Source: Heteronotia binoei (Eukaryota). From it: a stretch of 64,000 nt of DNA. The translations under genes were made by a program, and so were the position numbers. Below the pieces are notes generated by a model. That model saw only the letters and a list, made by a program, of their open reading frames with translations. It was not told the origin of the DNA and made no database searches. The DNA is taken from contig NC_083224.1 of the NCBI RefSeq assembly GCF_032191835.1, positions 22,444,001-22,508,000 of the forward strand. The letters run 5' to 3'. This document shows positions 59,972-64,000 of this stretch, in pieces (positions within the stretch are counted from its first letter, which is position 1; each line of letters starts with the position of its first letter).

Positions 59972-62905
59972 GTGAGGAGCTTTCAGTCACTCCATTCAAG
60001 CAATTAACTTTCTTCATCATCAACCTTCAGTTTCTTTAATTCTCCACTGGTCGTCATTTTTTCTTCCTGATGTTCAGCTGTAATCTTCCTTTGACACGTT
60101 CTGCTTTAGCCTTCATTAGTAATTATTTAAAGTCTTCACTACTTTCTGCCAGTAACACAGTGCCATCTGCACATCTCAGATTGTTAATGTTCCTTCCACC
60201 AATTTTCACTCCACCTTCATCTAAATGTAACCCAGTTTTCCTTATTATACATCCTGCTTATAGACTGAAGAAACAAGAAGATAAAATACATCTTTGTCTG
60301 GCACCCTTCCCAATTGGAAACCATTCTATTTTTTTGTATTCTGTCCTAACAGTGGCTTCTTGCACAGAGTACAGGTTATGCATCAAAATAATATGTTGTA
60401 GCACACCTATTTCTTTTCAAACCAACTTTTCTTCATCCCAGTAGTTAAAAGCATGGATGTAATCTATGAATCACAACCTGGTTATCTTCTGAAATTGTCT
60501 CCTATGCTCCATTAACCAATGTGAATTTGCAGTATGATCTCAAATGCCTCTTCCTTTTGTGAATCCACGTGGAATATCTGACATTTCTCTTTCGATATAT
60601 GACACCAGTCCTTGTAAAATGTTGAGTGTCATTTGACTTGCATGAGGAATTAAGGCAATGGTCCAATAGCTGCTACTATCATTGATGTCTACATTTTTCA
60701 GAATGGGAAAGTAAACTGAAAGTTTCCAATCTGTGTGCCATTGTTTTGTCTTCTATCTTTGTTAGCAGATTCTTGTTGAGATTTTGATGGACTCCTTTTC
60801 TGTGGTTTTGATACTGCATCTACTCCTGGTGATTTTTTTCCCCTCCCCATTGTTTGCAATGCACCTTTAATTTCTAAAACTTTCTTTTTAAAAAAAAGAT
60901 TTTTCTTGAAAGGAATCTGTTCTCTTTTAATTGCTTAGTAATAATGCCTCAGTGTATCGTTCCTGTCTTTTCTTAGATATTTCTACCCAGGGCTTTTTTT
61001 GTAGCAGGACTCCTTTGCATATTAGACCATGCACCTCGGATGTATCCAATCCTCCAAGAGCTTACAGGGCTCTTAGTACAGGGCCTACTGTAAGCTCCAG
61101 GAGGATTGGCTACATCAAGGGTGGGTGGCCTAATATGCAAAGGAGTTCCTGCTACAGAAAAAGCCCGGCTATACCTCTAAATAGTTCACTAGACTGGAAA
61201 GAAAATCCAACCCTGGTTCTTCCCCAGTGGATATTGCAGCCATGATGGTGAAGTCAGGGATGAAGACTCTGGGTGAGGGTCAGGATCCAGCCTGTTCCAT
61301 TCCTTCTCTTATCCCTCTCCCTTGCTGTTGTTTCAGATGTGGGGAGGATCCATGAAGGTGGAAGCAAAGGTAGAAGGAGCTCCGTCAGAGGAAGGTCGGA
61401 GGGCGCAGGCCCAGGAGTTTGCCCAAGATGCCCTGTCAAGTGGTAAGGGGGCCTCCTGACAAAGGGAATTGGGACACTTCTTGGGAACAGGGTTCAGGAA
61501 AAGAGAAAAGGGAAATATTTCTACAGACCGCATAGAATGGAGTTTTGGGTAACAGTGCCATGGGATGCCATGATGGTCACTCCACTTTAAGGGGAAGTGT
61601 AAAGATTCATGGAGGGCAATCCCGTTCTTATTTATATCAGTGGAAATATGCATATCTCACCTTCTTTCCATTGGAAAGACTCAAGGCAGCTAAAAAAGAA
61701 AAGAAGATACATCTGGGTGCAGCTATGAGCTAAGGTGAATCAATGGAACCTCCACGTTCCCCTGACCAGCATGGCCCAGACTAACCAAGGTCGTCAGATC
61801 GCAGAAGCTAAGAATGGTCAGCCCTGATTAGTTTTGGGATTGGGAGACCACCAAAGAAATTCCGGGTTGCTTTGCAGAGGCAGGCAATGACATACCGCCT
61901 CTGAATGTCTCTTGCTTTGAAGAACTGGAGTCCCCATAAGTCAGCTGTGACTTGACATCACGTTATAAACACACACAGACACACACACACCCTGTTCTGG
62001 CATAGCGAATCTCAGGAAACCCATTGCCAGAGGCCAGCAGTTTGGGCCTCTGTGTCCCAGCTTAAAGACTTTTCAGGGGCATCTGGGTGGCAACACTCAG
62101 AAAGAAGGCACTAGATTAGGGAGCCCAGGCCATGGGGAAGAATGAAAATATGGGGAAGAAGGCCCAGCAAGTGAGAGAATGTCACGCTTGGGCTTTTGGT
62201 CTGATTTAGCAGGGATACTGAAACCATTTGAGTTCCAGGACTCACAAGACACTTTCAAGTTTCACAGAAGTTTGCAATGTATTGGCAGCATTTATTACCT
62301 CCCAAGGTTCATGGGTACCTGGTGCTTCTCTTCTGCCTCTCCCACAGTTTACCAATAGTTATTACCAATTTTCTTGAGTATAAAGAAGACAAGATTTCAC
62401 AACTCTGGGAATTGGGATGCATAAGCAAGATTAAGAAAAGCAAAGAAAATAGGAATTAGAGGCTAAAATTCTTCCTTCCCATTTTGGCTCCCTCTCAGGC
62501 AGTGAAGAGATGTTATCAAGCCGTTTTCTTTGCAGAGAAGTGGAAACGCCTCCTCGACCTCTGGTCCAGGTAGGGGAGATGGATGGGGGATAGTCAGGGC
62601 CCTCGTTCCGTTCTTAGGGACGGTTTTCCTCCTGCTATATGAGGAAGAGAGGCTCTGAACAGCACTGCCTCTACACCTACTAAGCTCTCCATCCTGCACT
62701 CTCACAAACTACTCTGTCAAGAGTGTCAGGTCTCTGCCTGGCATGATCTGTGATGGGGGAATCTGCTTTTTCTTTCAGTCTCCATTTTCCTTTGAGGAAG
62801 TGGCCGTGTATTTCACCGTGGCAGAGTGGGGCCTGCTGGATCTGGGCCAAAAAGATCTCTACAGGGAAGTCATGCTGGAGAACTATGAAAGTGTGGCTTT
62901 TCTGG
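59549..62905 (+). CDS. SCAN-KRAB zinc-finger gene, copy 3, 3'-partial (exons 59549-59971, 61337-61442, 62499-62569, 62779-62905; finger exon beyond the window)
   Basis: Splice sites preserved; exon 2 has a 9-bp in-frame deletion, exon 3 one synonymous change, and KRAB-A is identical. Confidence 0.88.
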
Positions 62906-64000
62906 GTAAGGATCTTTCATAGGTGCTAAAGGTGTGAATTGCTGCCATTGGAATGATGCATGAATCAACAGCAATATATGCTTGTGAGGCCAGGGCAGCT
63001 AATTGGCCACCACTGGGTGTCTCGAGAAGTTCGGGTTGCCATGAATGTGATGTTCAGCATGGCCAGGTAGAGCGATACAAGCCACTCCACTGATCCAGGG
63101 ATAGCTGAGGCCAGTATTATAGCCATCACCCAAGGACAAGGCAGACTTGAGCGGCCCTCTGAAAGACTCTGGCAGGACCAGATCCTAATTTCTCAGTTGT
63201 CAGCCTTTACAACATCCCTTGTAAAGAGGCCATCCACTCTGACTGTAACCTGAAAAAGATCCATCCCCCTTAGAGTGACTAGCCTTGTGGGCTTTGACCT
63301 TGACCACGGTTCTGTCTTTCCAGACGAAATTTGCTCTTTCTTGGATTTCTCTCCTTCCCTATATAAAAATGATCTATCTTCTCTTTCCTTCCCTCCCTCT
63401 TCCTCTGTCCCTCAAAGAAGCCAGGAATGTAAAAGATCCTATGTTTGGGATAGACAAGGGCCTTGCATCTGAAGAATGGCTAGAGAGTTTTTCCAGAAGA
63501 TCTCAAGAGATTATTTCCTTCCCAAGTGAACTGGCAGCAAGTGGGTATCCTCTACAGTTATGTCAAGGGAATGAGCAAGGAATATCCATGGGACCTTTCC
63601 TCTTTACTTCTAAGCTGTGCTTTGTTTGGTAAAATTACCAAGTATGTTGACTGAGGAGAGAGGCCTTCTTGGGCCTGGAATCTGGAGGCTCAGAAGCTCC
63701 TTCTGGGGCTGAGCTGATTTGTGGCTATTGAGTGGCCACGCTAGCTTTAAATACTAGCTATTCCAGGGAATGGGGGGTTTACCTAAGAACAACCCTGCTA
63801 GATGAGGCCAAAGGCACATCAGCCCTTTCCTTCATTCTTCACGTGGATGCCTTCAGGCCTTCCTATGAGTTGGAGATGGGTCTGAGTGGTTTCTTTGGAG
63901 CTGTTCTACCTTGCAGGGGTGTTTGCAGCAAGTAGTCCCACCAGTTAACACTGCAACCCAGGGGGAACTGGCTTAAGTCAAACCACACAACCACCTCTGT
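60053..64000. repeat. Diverged third copy (paralog or alternative haplotype) of the unit, homologous to 29461-34190
   Basis: Hand comparison: about 16 substitutions plus a 3-bp indel in the first ~1.13 kb, a 9-bp exonic deletion, and absence of the 745-bp L2 insertion. Confidence 0.95.
62779..62905 (+). CDS. KRAB-A exon, copy 3
   Basis: Identical 127-bp sequence with the same splice sites. Confidence 0.95.

Larger units (their letters stand above)
30593..60052. repeat. Segmental tandem duplication, copy 2 (apparently identical to 1-29460)
   Basis: Same ORF set at an offset of exactly 30,592; no differences found in spot checks before 60053. Confidence 0.97.

Overview
Eukaryotic DNA from a squamate reptile, probably a gecko, inferred from Sauria-type, 5S-derived and Squam3-like SINEs plus CR1, L2, RTE and BovB LINE fragments and hAT MITEs. 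The window is part of a tandem SCAN-KRAB-C2H2 zinc-finger gene array with a 30,592-bp period. Bases 1-29460 recur apparently unchanged at 30593-60052: every ORF translation recurs at exactly +30,592 and spot-checked microsatellite and homopolymer lengths match, but I ran no full alignment. From 60053 a third, slightly diverged copy begins (about 0.3-3% by hand count, with indels). One complete six-coding-exon gene can be spliced by hand: SCAN 28957-29379, linkers 30748-30862 and 31921-31991, KRAB-A 32202-32328, linker 36081-36197 and a 22-finger exon 36480-38536, giving 969 aa. Partial copies lie at both window ends. Each unit also carries a second, open 18-finger exon (17404-19412; 47996-50004) with no KRAB exon and only a SCAN stub of its own. 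It has the same phase-1 acceptor as the main finger exon, so it is a candidate alternative DNA-binding tail. Both finger arrays are terminated by retroposon insertions (an RTE LINE and a SINE). No prokaryotic features, CRISPR arrays or true rRNA/tRNA genes were found.
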